NCBI GenBank assembly: GCA_016214545.1
Contig: JACROH010000001.1
Coordinates: 189,750-253,749 of the forward strand
Direction of reading: 5' to 3'
Length of the DNA: 64,000 bases
Origin: Candidatus Lloydbacteria bacterium
Lineage (GTDB): Bacteria; Patescibacteriota; Minisyncoccia; Phycocordibacterales; 21-14-all-47-15
Positions 18,142 to 26,917 of the stretch are shown here, piece by piece (position 1 is the first letter of the stretch; every line of letters starts with the position of its first letter). The notes beneath the pieces were generated by a model, which saw only the letters and a list, made by a program, of their open reading frames with translations, did not search any database and was not told where the DNA came from. Made by a program: the position numbers and the translations under genes.

Positions 18142-19467
18142 ATGACAGAAGCCGCGAATAACAAACTTTCCCAAAAACTTATACGGTATATTTCCGCGCT
18201 CAAAAAAGAGCCGTCATGGATGCTTGAAAAACGTCTTGCCGCGTACGAACTCTATGAAAAAACCCCATTGCCGACATGGGGACCTTCGCTTGCGGGAATT
18301 GATTTTGAAAACATGAGCTATTTTACGGCTCCGGGTTCGAAAGAGACAACCTCGTGGGATGAAGTGCCGGCCGACATCAGAGAAACTTTTGAAAAATTGG
18401 GGATTCCGGAAGCTGAAAAACGCGCTCTTTCGGGTGTTGGGGCGCAGTATGATTCCGGTGTTGTATACCATCACCTGAAAGAATCATTCAAACAACAGGG
18501 GGTGATTTTTGAGAATATGGATACGGCGCTCGAAAAATATCCGGACATGGTCAAAGAATATTTTATGACGGAATGCGTGCCGGCGCGCGACCACAAATTT
18601 ACCATGCTTCATGGAGCGCTCTGGAGCGGCGGTACGTTTATCTATGTGCCGAAGGGGGTGAAAGTGGAGCTCCCGCTCCAGGCATACTTTCGTATGAATA
18701 AAGAAGCGTCGGCGCAATTTGAGCACACGCTTATCATTGCCGATGAAGGTTCAGAAGTATCATACATAGAAGGCTGTTCGGCGCCGTCGTACACGCGTTC
18801 GTCTCTGCATGCGGGCTGCGTTGAGCTTTTTGTGAAGAAAGGAGCAAAAATGAAATACATCAGCGTGGAAAATTGGTCAAAAAATACGTATAATTTAAAC
18901 ACAAAACGGGCGCTTGTGTTTGAAGATGCGGAAATACAGTGGGTGAACGGAAACATGGGTAGCGCGGTAACGATGCTCTACCCGTCGTCGGTGCTTTTGG
19001 GGAAGCGCGCGAAGTCGGACAGCTTGAGTATCGTCCTCGCGTCTTCGGGGCAAATTCAAGACACGGGGGCAAAGGCGATACATGTCGCTTCCGATACGGT
19101 TTCGACCATTCGCTCAAAATCAATTTCAACCAAAGGCGGGGCGGCGCTCTATCGCGGATTAGTGCGCGTGTTGCCCAAGGCGGAAAATGTGCGCTCGTCG
19201 GTGTCGTGCGACTCGCTTATTTTAGACAGCGTTTCGTCGTCTGATACATATCCTTCAATCAAAAATGAGAATAATACGGCGGATATTTCACATGAAGCGC
19301 GGGTCGGAAGGATAGGAGATGAAGAGCTTTTTTACATCAAGAACCGCGGTTTTAATGAAGAAAATGCGGTGCGGCTCGCGGTCGGAGGATTCATTGAGCC
19401 GATTGTGAAAGCCTTACCGCTCGAGTATGCTGTTGAGATGAACAAATTGATAGAGATGAATGTTTAA
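18142..19467 (+). CDS. sufB: Fe-S cluster assembly protein SufB
   Basis: FTMLHGALWSGGTFIYVPKGV, FEHTLIIADEGSEVSYIEGCSAP. ATG 18142 is preferred over GTG 18133. Confidence 0.88.
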   Translation: MTEAANNKLSQKLIRYISALKKEPSWMLEKRLAAYELYEKTPLPTWGPSLAGIDFENMSYFTAPGSKETTSWDEVPADIRETFEKLGIPEAEKRALSGVGAQYDSGVVYHHLKESFKQQGVIFENMDTALEKYPDMVKEYFMTECVPARDHKFTMLHGALWSGGTFIYVPKGVKVELPLQAYFRMNKEASAQFEHTLIIADEGSEVSYIEGCSAPSYTRSSLHAGCVELFVKKGAKMKYISVENWSKNTYNLNTKRALVFEDAEIQWVNGNMGSAVTMLYPSSVLLGKRAKSDSLSIVLASSGQIQDTGAKAIHVASDTVSTIRSKSISTKGGAALYRGLVRVLPKAENVRSSVSCDSLILDSVSSSDTYPSIKNENNTADISHEARVGRIGDEELFYIKNRGFNEENAVRLAVGGFIEPIVKALPLEYAVEMNKLIEMNV

Positions 19468-19475
19468 AAATACCC

Positions 19476-19856
19476 ATGGACGAATTATACAAAGAACATA
19501 TTTTAGACCACTATCGAAATCCGCGAAACAAAGGGATACTTAAGCGGTTTGATATCAAACAAGAAGGAGTGAATCCTTCCTGTGGCGATGCGCTCGTCTT
19601 GTACGTGCTTTTTGATGCCGGCGGGCGGGTAAAAGAAGCTGTTTTTGAAGGAAGCGGATGCGCGATCAGCCAGGCCGGGGCCTCCCTTCTTACCGAGAAA
19701 ATAAAAGGGATGACCCGCGGGGAATTGGAGAAAATGACGCCGAAAGAAATGTATGAATTATTTGGCATATCAATGGCGCCGGCACGTGAACCGTGCGCTC
19801 TCCTCGCGTACCATGCTTTGAAAGAGGGTTTAGCGCATAAAAATCATAAAAATTAA
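19476..19856 (+). CDS. sufU: SufU/IscU-type Fe-S scaffold / sulfur-transfer protein
   Basis: HYRNPRNKG, NPSCGD, GSGCAISQA, and a C-terminal Cys in EPCALLAYHAL. Confidence 0.8.
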   Translation: MDELYKEHILDHYRNPRNKGILKRFDIKQEGVNPSCGDALVLYVLFDAGGRVKEAVFEGSGCAISQAGASLLTEKIKGMTRGELEKMTPKEMYELFGISMAPAREPCALLAYHALKEGLAHKNHKN

Positions 19857-19861
19857 TCTAT

Positions 19862-20629
19862 ATGACCCTATCATTAAAAAATATTTCTGTATCAGCAGAC
19901 GATAAGCGCATCGTATCAGATGTTCATATCGAAATTAAACCCGGCGAAATCAACGTCCTTATGGGGCAGAATGGTTCCGGTAAAAGCAGTTTGGTGAATG
20001 CCGTTATGGGTCACCCGCGCTACGTGCTTTCCTCGGGAGAAATGCTTTTGGGTGGGAGAAATATCATCGGGATGTCTCCCGACGAAAAGGCTCGGACCGG
20101 CCTGTTTTTGTCGCCGCAACAATTACCCGAAATTCACGGGGTAACGCTTATTTCGTTTTTACACAAAGCGCATCAGCATGTCTCGGGGGCCAAAATGCCC
20201 GTACTTGGTTTTTATGCATACGTGGAAGCCATTACTCAAAAATTAGGGTTTGATGTCTCGCTTTTAAAACGGCAAGTGAACGTGGGAATGTCGGGCGGAG
20301 AAAAGAAACAATCCGAGATTATTCAGCTTGCCGTGCTAAAACCGGCGTTTGCTTTTTTGGATGAAATAGATTCGGGCGTTGATAAAGATGCCATTGCGCG
20401 GATTTATGCCGCTATTCAAACGCTTGCGAAAGAAAACGGTACCGGTTTTCTTCTCATTACGCACTATGACGCCATTTTGAAATATCTGACACCTGATTCG
20501 GTGCATATCATGTACGGGGGGTCTATAGTCCGTTCAGGGGGAGCTTCACTTGCGAAAGAAATCGAGGAAAAAGGATATACCAAATTGCTGTGTGCCGATA
20601 AAAATGATAATAAAAATATTCCTTCATGA
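19862..20629 (+). CDS. sufC: Fe-S cluster assembly ATPase SufC
   Basis: Walker A GQNGSGKSS, signature MSGGEKKQ, Walker B FAFLDEIDSG. Confidence 0.9.
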   Translation: MTLSLKNISVSADDKRIVSDVHIEIKPGEINVLMGQNGSGKSSLVNAVMGHPRYVLSSGEMLLGGRNIIGMSPDEKARTGLFLSPQQLPEIHGVTLISFLHKAHQHVSGAKMPVLGFYAYVEAITQKLGFDVSLLKRQVNVGMSGGEKKQSEIIQLAVLKPAFAFLDEIDSGVDKDAIARIYAAIQTLAKENGTGFLLITHYDAILKYLTPDSVHIMYGGSIVRSGGASLAKEIEEKGYTKLLCADKNDNKNIPS

Positions 20630-20910
20630 TTACCAAAGAAGCCGTTATAGAAAAATTGAAAGAAGTGAAAGACCCGGAGCTTGATATCGACGTGTACACA
20701 CTCGGGCTCATTTACGACATATCAATTGAAAATGGGGAAGTGGCGGTGCTCATGACGCTCACCACTCCTTTTTGTCCTTATGGCAATGAAATTGTCGAAA
20801 GCGTAGAAGAAAAAATTTACGAACTAAAACCGAATGGCGTCAAGGTGGAAATTACCTTTGACCCGCCGTGGGAAGCTCCCAAGGGGCTGCGGGATATCCT
20901 GGGGGTATAA
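20626..20910 (+). CDS. DUF59 / SufT-like (MIP18 family) Fe-S assembly accessory protein
   Basis: VKDPELDIDVYTLGLIYD, TLTTPFCPYG. ATGA overlap with the sufC stop. Confidence 0.75.
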   Translation: MITKEAVIEKLKEVKDPELDIDVYTLGLIYDISIENGEVAVLMTLTTPFCPYGNEIVESVEEKIYELKPNGVKVEITFDPPWEAPKGLRDILGV

Positions 20911-21050
20911 AAACTCTTCTTGCTATTACAAATTCGTTGTTGTGTTACGACTTATCCACACATAAAAACGTGTGTCTTTTTGACGGCTATTTGATAGGCT
21001 GTGAATAGGAAGTACTTACTTTCTTCTTTGACAAAAAAGGAGGGATACTC

Positions 21051-22640
21051 GTGAAAACAAAAAAACAGAATCCATCTTGGGTTTGTCCAAAATGCGGTAC
21101 TGACGCCATTGTAAAGGATGGCAAAACAACAAATAAAATCTCGAAGCAGCGTTTCAAGTGTACCGAATGTGAACACCGAACGACAATGCCGAGGCTGCCG
21201 TTAAATCCTGTGCCGATGCGGAGCACTCTGCCGAAGTCAAAAGTATATCTCATTACCGCGGCGCAAAATGCGACGCCGGTTCATGCGGGCTTTTGGAAAT
21301 CTTTGGAGCGTGCGAAAAAGTTTTATAATGCCGAGTTGGTTGTAATACCCGGAAGATACAAAAATCCCACAAGCCAGTGGACGCAGGGGAACGACGAGCA
21401 TGAATGGTGGTGTCCGGAAGTGCTCCCGCATCTTTTTGACGGGAGAATGAAGCTGAACGACCGTATCATGATTTTGGGCGATGTGAAAATACAATGGGCC
21501 GCTCAAACACCGCTCGCGAGCATGGACGCATTAACCAAAAACATGAGCGGGATTGTCGGACACGGGAAACGGGCATTGCGTTCAATCGCGACCCCGCAGC
21601 ATAAGCAGCCAAAGCTCATGCTTACGACAGGGGCCTGCACGCTTCCGAATTACACGGATACGAAACAAGGCGCTCTCGGGGAATTCAATCACTGTTTCGG
21701 GGCGCTTATCGTTGAAATTGATGGAGACGTATTTTTCGTCCGTGAATTGAACGCGGACAGGAGGGGCGCTTTCATTGACTTAGACATGGAGTTTTCTCCG
21801 GAAGGAGTGCGGCGGGCAAAACGGGCGCTTTCCATAAGCATGGGTGATGTGCATCACCGTTTTATTTTGCCGCATGTGGTACAAGCGACGTTTACAGCAA
21901 AAGACAGCATGATGAATCTCTTGCGCCCGCGGTACCTTTTTCTTCATGACCTTCTTGATTTTCATACCCGCAATCATCATCACAAAGATGACTGGATTAC
22001 CGGATATGGAAAATGGAAGGCCGGCATGGAATGTGTGCGTACGGAAATTGAAGAAGCGATACGCTTTGTAAATGAAAAAACGCCCAAGAATTGCAAGTCG
22101 ATAATTGTTTCGAGCAATCATGACCGTGCACTATCGCGGTGGTTGAAAGAAGCTGATTTTAAGAAAGACCCGGTGAACCTGGGGTTTTATCTTGAAATTG
22201 CCGCGGAAGTAGCGAAGAGGGCACGAATGTCGGAAAGCGGAATTGAATATGACGATCCGTTTATTCTGTACGCTCGGACTCAAAAACTTGCCGCAAAAAA
22301 TGTACAGTTCTTGGAACAAGGCAAGAGTTTTGTTTTGGCCGATGTTGAATACGGGCTGCATGGCGACCATGGACCAAACGGCTCCCGCGGGACGACCAAG
22401 AATCTTTCGACCATTGGTATAAAAGTGACCAAGGGGCACAATCATACCGCTGAGATTGTCGACGGCTGTTACAGCGCCGGCAAGAGTACCGGAATGCTTG
22501 AATACGAGGCGGGCGGTCCGAGCAGTCATTCCAACGCGCATGTCATACAATACGCGAACGGAAAGAGAGCTATTTTCTTCATTATCAACGGGCGGTATTG
22601 TCTCAACCGTCGTCATGCGTTGGCAAAGAAAGGCAAATAA
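21051..22640 (+). CDS. Zn-ribbon + unknown domain + calcineurin-like metallophosphoesterase fusion (529 aa)
   Basis: AAGGAGGG RBS with a GTG start. N-terminal CPKCG-X22-CTEC. C-terminal motifs in order: GDVHH, HDLLD, SNHD, GLHGDHG, GHNH. Confidence 0.65.
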   Translation: MKTKKQNPSWVCPKCGTDAIVKDGKTTNKISKQRFKCTECEHRTTMPRLPLNPVPMRSTLPKSKVYLITAAQNATPVHAGFWKSLERAKKFYNAELVVIPGRYKNPTSQWTQGNDEHEWWCPEVLPHLFDGRMKLNDRIMILGDVKIQWAAQTPLASMDALTKNMSGIVGHGKRALRSIATPQHKQPKLMLTTGACTLPNYTDTKQGALGEFNHCFGALIVEIDGDVFFVRELNADRRGAFIDLDMEFSPEGVRRAKRALSISMGDVHHRFILPHVVQATFTAKDSMMNLLRPRYLFLHDLLDFHTRNHHHKDDWITGYGKWKAGMECVRTEIEEAIRFVNEKTPKNCKSIIVSSNHDRALSRWLKEADFKKDPVNLGFYLEIAAEVAKRARMSESGIEYDDPFILYARTQKLAAKNVQFLEQGKSFVLADVEYGLHGDHGPNGSRGTTKNLSTIGIKVTKGHNHTAEIVDGCYSAGKSTGMLEYEAGGPSSHSNAHVIQYANGKRAIFFIINGRYCLNRRHALAKKGK

Positions 22641-22688
22641 GCCGTTATGATGTTTGTATTTTTAAAAAAGGTATTATGTTTAAAATAA

Positions 22689-22715
22689 GCGGCACTCGCC
22701 AAGAGTGCCGCTTTT
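22689..22715. terminator. Bidirectional terminator between convergent genes
   Basis: GCGGCACTC-GCCAA-GAGTGCCGC followed by TTTT. Confidence 0.85.
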
Positions 22716-22718
22716 ATA

Positions 22719-23339
22719 TTATCTATTTTTTTTATTATCCCTTTTTTCCTCTTTTTGTTTTAGTTCATCAACATATTGTTTGATGATACCCAAGGCTATT
22801 TCTGTCTTTTTCAAAACCAGATCGATGTCTTCTATTTCCTCGTCTGCATCTTTTTTCCGATAGACGACCACAACAACAATGAATGAGTAGGCCTTTTGAT
22901 TTGGAGACGGCATCGTAAGACAGATTATTTTTTCTTTGTCTGGATGTGTGACCAAATACATTTTTTTGTACTGCTCGCGGTGCTTCTCTCTCGTGAAGTC
23001 TCCAGCTGCGTCAATAGTACTTTTGATCTGAAGGTAGAATTCACCCTGCGTTGTGTAAACAATGACATCCTTGCCCTCGCTATCCTCTGTTTGATTTGAT
23101 TGCGTAGCGCTGGTAAGCCACGGATAACGTGAATAGCAAGCAAGTGCGTTAATAAGGCGTGTTATCAATATCTCCTTTTTGTGCCCAAAGTCTACCGGTT
23201 TCGGTTTTTGCAGTTGTGCTTTTTTATATTCCAAATCTATCTGCTTTTGTTTTTGGAGCTGTTCCTTTCTGCGTTTGTGCCTGAGATATATCCGTCGCTC
23301 TCGTCTTTGACGCCGCTTCATTTTATGACGCCATTTCAT
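22719..23339 (-). CDS. Hypothetical protein: highly basic N-terminal tail + possible Mrr-like PD-(D/E)xK core
   Basis: N-terminus MKWRHKMKRRQRRERRIYLRHKRRK. SEGKDVIVYTTQGEFYLQIKS resembles the D...QxK pattern of Mrr-type nucleases (tentative). AT-rich gene. Confidence 0.45.
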   Translation of the reverse strand: MKWRHKMKRRQRRERRIYLRHKRRKEQLQKQKQIDLEYKKAQLQKPKPVDFGHKKEILITRLINALACYSRYPWLTSATQSNQTEDSEGKDVIVYTTQGEFYLQIKSTIDAAGDFTREKHREQYKKMYLVTHPDKEKIICLTMPSPNQKAYSFIVVVVVYRKKDADEEIEDIDLVLKKTEIALGIIKQYVDELKQKEEKRDNKKNR

Positions 23340-23504
23340 CGTGAGACCCTCCGCACAACAATGTTTTTAAAAGAAAAAGGATCTATTGGTAAGATAGTCC
23401 TAACCAAAAAGGAAAGCAAGCACCGGGCAAAACATGGCAAAAATAAAGGTTCTTCGCAGCAAGCGGCATTGTGATTCTCATTTCGCTCTTAGCTCAGACG
23501 AAAT

Positions 23505-23532
23505 AAAAAAGGGGAGCATATGTATGCTCCCC
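23505..23532 (-). terminator. Intrinsic terminator after the aldehyde dehydrogenase gene
   Basis: GGGGAGCATA-TG-TATGCTCCCC with a T-run on the minus strand. Confidence 0.85.
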
Positions 23533-23546
23533 TAAAGATAGATTAA

Positions 23547-25151
23547 TTATGTTTGTGTCGGTTCCCACCCTTTCGGCGGTGATCCGTTGTCGAATACAAT
23601 AGTTCTTCCGTATGACCAGACTTCGCGGATGGCTTCTCTGGTGCCGATATTGGCGGCGAGAACGCCAGCCGGATGAAATCCGTGCCACTCCGGTGCGCCG
23701 GTAGTCCGCGCACGGTAGCCGGCGTACGTCGTGCCGTTTGCCGTTTCGCCGATTATCCGATTGATGAAGACGATGTCATCAGACACAATGGCCGCCGTCA
23801 GTTTGTGTTTGACACCCCGTATGATTTTAAGGACGGTTGGAATGTCGCTGTCTTTGTAGCCCACAATAATCTGAAACGGGCCGAAGATTTCTTTTGTCGC
23901 GAGCCGAAATGTTTCGCCCTTAAGAAGGGCTTGTATGGGCAGCGACACGGCGGTTGGTTCTATGGCGCCGTATTGTTCCGGTATGGTGTGCTCTTCGAGC
24001 GGCTTACCTCCAAAGATGAGCCTAAACTCGGGGATATGGGACAGTTCTTCAATATGCAGTAAAATATCTTTCGTTCTGATGGATAAAAGCGGGCCTATGG
24101 TCAAATCCTGAAGCTTCCTTTGCAGGGCACATTCGGCAATTTTGTCTATGATGTCTGCTTCTTTCCAGTTGGTGTGTACAAAAAGAAGCGATTGAGCCGA
24201 ACATTTTTGACCTGAAGCCGCATACGCATCTTGGTCGCACTGCCATGCCGTGTAATCAAGCAACGATTGGTCAAAGAAAGGGCAATCAGGCCCCAAAATT
24301 TTCCAATTGAAACCGGAATCTTCAATTTTTATTTTGCCGCGGGTAAGAAATGTCAGCCGTTCCGCCACTTTTGAACTGCCGGTAAATTGAGTCATAGCGG
24401 GACGGGTTTGACGGATAATTTCTTCCATAGTTGCTCCATCACAATGAATAAGCGCGACGTCGTTTCTCGGCATGTCGCAAGAGAGAAGCATGCGGATAAA
24501 CATTTCAATAACCGCGCTTGCGACGGAAGCGCCTTTGATGAGCACTTTATTTCCCATCGCGAGGGCGCCGACAAGCTGCAGCGCGGGAATTTCCAATGGG
24601 AAATTAAAAGGAGCGATGATGATTGTCGGGCCGTGGGGGAAGCGATGCTCTTCGGCTCGCTGTCCGCTCCGGTCTCCCGGGATGCCCGCCCATACGGCAC
24701 AATCGCGCACCCCATCGCCGCTCAAATTATAAAGTGCGTCCCTCGTTACCGTCACCTCGCCGTATGCTTGTGCGTAGCTTTTTGGCATGACGCTTTGTAT
24801 GAGGCGGGCAAAATAATCGGCAAAAAAATGGCTAGAAAGCAGGTTTGCCGCTTTCCCAAAAACCAAACCGTATTGTCGGTAGCGTTCCGTGTTTTTAAAC
24901 GGATTATGCAGGCCGCCCTCAGGGCAGGTGTCCAAGAAAGAGACAAACGGGTCAATCTCATCTTTCTTTGTATCCGGCGCTTGAAACATGGCATGGCCAT
25001 CAATCGGGCTCACAATAGTTTTTGTTTTTTTGGCTGTGATCCATTTTCCGTTTATAAAATTCTCAAGACGTGATTCCGCACATGAGCATGATTGTCCCTC
25101 GGTATCCCACGGGTGTATCCGCATCCAATCCAGGTACTTATCTTTTTCCAT
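23547..25151 (-). CDS. Aldehyde dehydrogenase family protein (1-pyrroline-5-carboxylate dehydrogenase-like)
   Basis: IIAPFNFPLEIPALQLVGALAMGNKVLIK, catalytic EDSG and GQKCSA. Confidence 0.8.
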   Translation of the reverse strand: MEKDKYLDWMRIHPWDTEGQSCSCAESRLENFINGKWITAKKTKTIVSPIDGHAMFQAPDTKKDEIDPFVSFLDTCPEGGLHNPFKNTERYRQYGLVFGKAANLLSSHFFADYFARLIQSVMPKSYAQAYGEVTVTRDALYNLSGDGVRDCAVWAGIPGDRSGQRAEEHRFPHGPTIIIAPFNFPLEIPALQLVGALAMGNKVLIKGASVASAVIEMFIRMLLSCDMPRNDVALIHCDGATMEEIIRQTRPAMTQFTGSSKVAERLTFLTRGKIKIEDSGFNWKILGPDCPFFDQSLLDYTAWQCDQDAYAASGQKCSAQSLLFVHTNWKEADIIDKIAECALQRKLQDLTIGPLLSIRTKDILLHIEELSHIPEFRLIFGGKPLEEHTIPEQYGAIEPTAVSLPIQALLKGETFRLATKEIFGPFQIIVGYKDSDIPTVLKIIRGVKHKLTAAIVSDDIVFINRIIGETANGTTYAGYRARTTGAPEWHGFHPAGVLAANIGTREAIREVWSYGRTIVFDNGSPPKGWEPTQT

Positions 25152-25239
25152 TGGCCGTCTCCTTTATACGTTAGGATTATTCTGTTATTTTCAAAAAACA
25201 CGATTCTCTCTAGTTATTTCACAAAGAGTGTCTGTTGTC

Positions 25240-25267
25240 AAAAAAAGCGCCTAAGGCGCTTTTTTTG
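25240..25267. terminator. Bidirectional terminator
   Basis: A7-AGCGCC-TAA-GGCGCT-T7. Confidence 0.85.
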
Positions 25268-25292
25268 AGAGATTAATGTCGGGAATACCGGG

Positions 25293-26066
25293 TTATTTAA
25301 TGGAATAGGTGATGGAAATGCTTGCGCTGATATCTTGCGAGCCCGGCTCTATTGTTGGGGCCGTTTTTGACATGGCGCTATCGGCTCCTCCGAGTCCGAA
25401 AGTGCGATAGGGCATCGGTACCGATACGCCGCCGTCGTTTATCGAAATGATTTTCCCCATTCTGAAATGCCCCGCTTTTGCAATAGTTTTTGCGCGTTCT
25501 TCTGCTGCGGCAATCGCTTTTGCGCGTACCTCATTTTCGAGTTTGGTGCGGTCGTTCATATCAAACGACAAACCCGAAACGCTGTTGGCTCCATTTGAAA
25601 CAACTCCGCGCATGATTGCTCCTATGTTTTTGAAATCTCGTATTTTTACTTGTACGGTTTGAGAGACAGTATAGCCTACGATTTCAGGAGGAGGGCAGAC
25701 ATTTCCGCCATTTGCAAACGGGCCACCGCAATTTGAATACTGATAGCGCGGGTTGATGGAGTATCCCTGCGTTGTGATGTCTTTTGCGTCAACGCCGTTT
25801 TCTTTTACAAAAGCGATAGCTTTGTTTGCCGCCGTGGTATTTTTTTCCTGCAGTGAAGAGAGGTCGATGCCCCCTTCCGTCAAGATGCTAAATGAAAAAA
25901 GTGCAATGTCGGGGATGGCGGTGACTTTTCCTTCGCCGCTTACGCTGAAACTTCTGGTTACCGAAGGTTCGGCGACGTTTGCCATTCGGATTGCTCCATA
26001 GGCAAAGGCGACCATAACGATAATCCCCGCAATTCCAAGATAGTTCTTTATTTTTATATCCATCAT
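25293..26066 (-). CDS. SIMPL/DUF541-family periplasmic protein
   Basis: N-terminal TM segment. SVSGEGKVTAIPDIALFSFSI and overall alpha/beta pattern typical of YggE-like proteins. Confidence 0.6.
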   Translation of the reverse strand: MMDIKIKNYLGIAGIIVMVAFAYGAIRMANVAEPSVTRSFSVSGEGKVTAIPDIALFSFSILTEGGIDLSSLQEKNTTAANKAIAFVKENGVDAKDITTQGYSINPRYQYSNCGGPFANGGNVCPPPEIVGYTVSQTVQVKIRDFKNIGAIMRGVVSNGANSVSGLSFDMNDRTKLENEVRAKAIAAAEERAKTIAKAGHFRMGKIISINDGGVSVPMPYRTFGLGGADSAMSKTAPTIEPGSQDISASISITYSIK

Positions 26067-26214
26067 ATAATGATAAGTCTTAATTATTATGGTCTTATTG
26101 TATAATAAAACACCAATTTAAACAACGGTGGCGTTTCGGTGTAAAATTTGCTAAAGTTCCTCAAAGAAGCACTCTTGCAATCAGTAAAAACAACACCACG
26201 CGGAAGGGGGGGTC

Positions 26215-26799
26215 ATGCGAAAAGGTAAAAAAATAAAAGACGATAATGCTTCTCGCGGCGACCCATCGGGACGCGTACTGTCAAAGAAGCGGAAAATCAC
26301 TATCCTGGGGGATATCGATAAAAAGCGCGAACAAGAAGTGATAAAAACGCTGCGGGCGTTTAATAAGGAAAGTGATTCTAAAAACATCTATCTTTTTATT
26401 GATTCGTTGGGCGGTGAGTATGATTCCGGCTGTCGTATTGCCAAAGAGGTGCGGGTTTCAAAAGCCCCCGTGTACGGCATTGTGATGTGGCAGGCGTGCT
26501 CGGCTGCCTTCCATATATTGCAGGCGTGCAAAAAAAGAATCGCTTGTACGGCGATGTCTACCGTCATGTGTCATGCCCCTGATTTGTCCGATGTCCGGGT
26601 TGACCAGGCGAATCGCGATAAAATTATAAAGAAGAGAGAAAAAGAGCACGATGATTTTCTCTCTTCTGTTGTTGCAAGAAGCGACGGAAAACTTTCTTTG
26701 GAAAAAATACATGATTTATCCACCAAGGAAGAGGATGTCTCCGCATGCCGCGCTCTGCGGCTCGGCCTGCTCGACCAAGTGATGTATAAAAAAAAATGA
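26215..26799 (+). CDS. Divergent ClpP-family (S14) protease-like protein A
   Basis: IYLFIDSLGGEYDSG (cf. INSPGG), QACSAAF (Ser position), VMCHAP (His position), C-terminal LGLLDQV. Confidence 0.6.
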   Translation: MRKGKKIKDDNASRGDPSGRVLSKKRKITILGDIDKKREQEVIKTLRAFNKESDSKNIYLFIDSLGGEYDSGCRIAKEVRVSKAPVYGIVMWQACSAAFHILQACKKRIACTAMSTVMCHAPDLSDVRVDQANRDKIIKKREKEHDDFLSSVVARSDGKLSLEKIHDLSTKEEDVSACRALRLGLLDQVMYKKK

Positions 26800-26917
26800 A
26801 TTTTTGAAGCGCCCCCATAGAACATCCGGGCGCTTTTACTTTTTCAAAAAGAAAGTGTAGGGTATCCAAAGAGACGGAAGGGGGGAACCTTGTAAAATCT
26901 CATGCTGGGAGGGATGT

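Noticed and set aside
21051-23339. Prophage remnant interpretation of the Zn-ribbon phosphoesterase islet
   Set aside because: There are no capsid, terminase, portal, integrase or repressor genes, and no att-like repeats around it. Only two genes are present, so it is reported as an accessory islet rather than a prophage.
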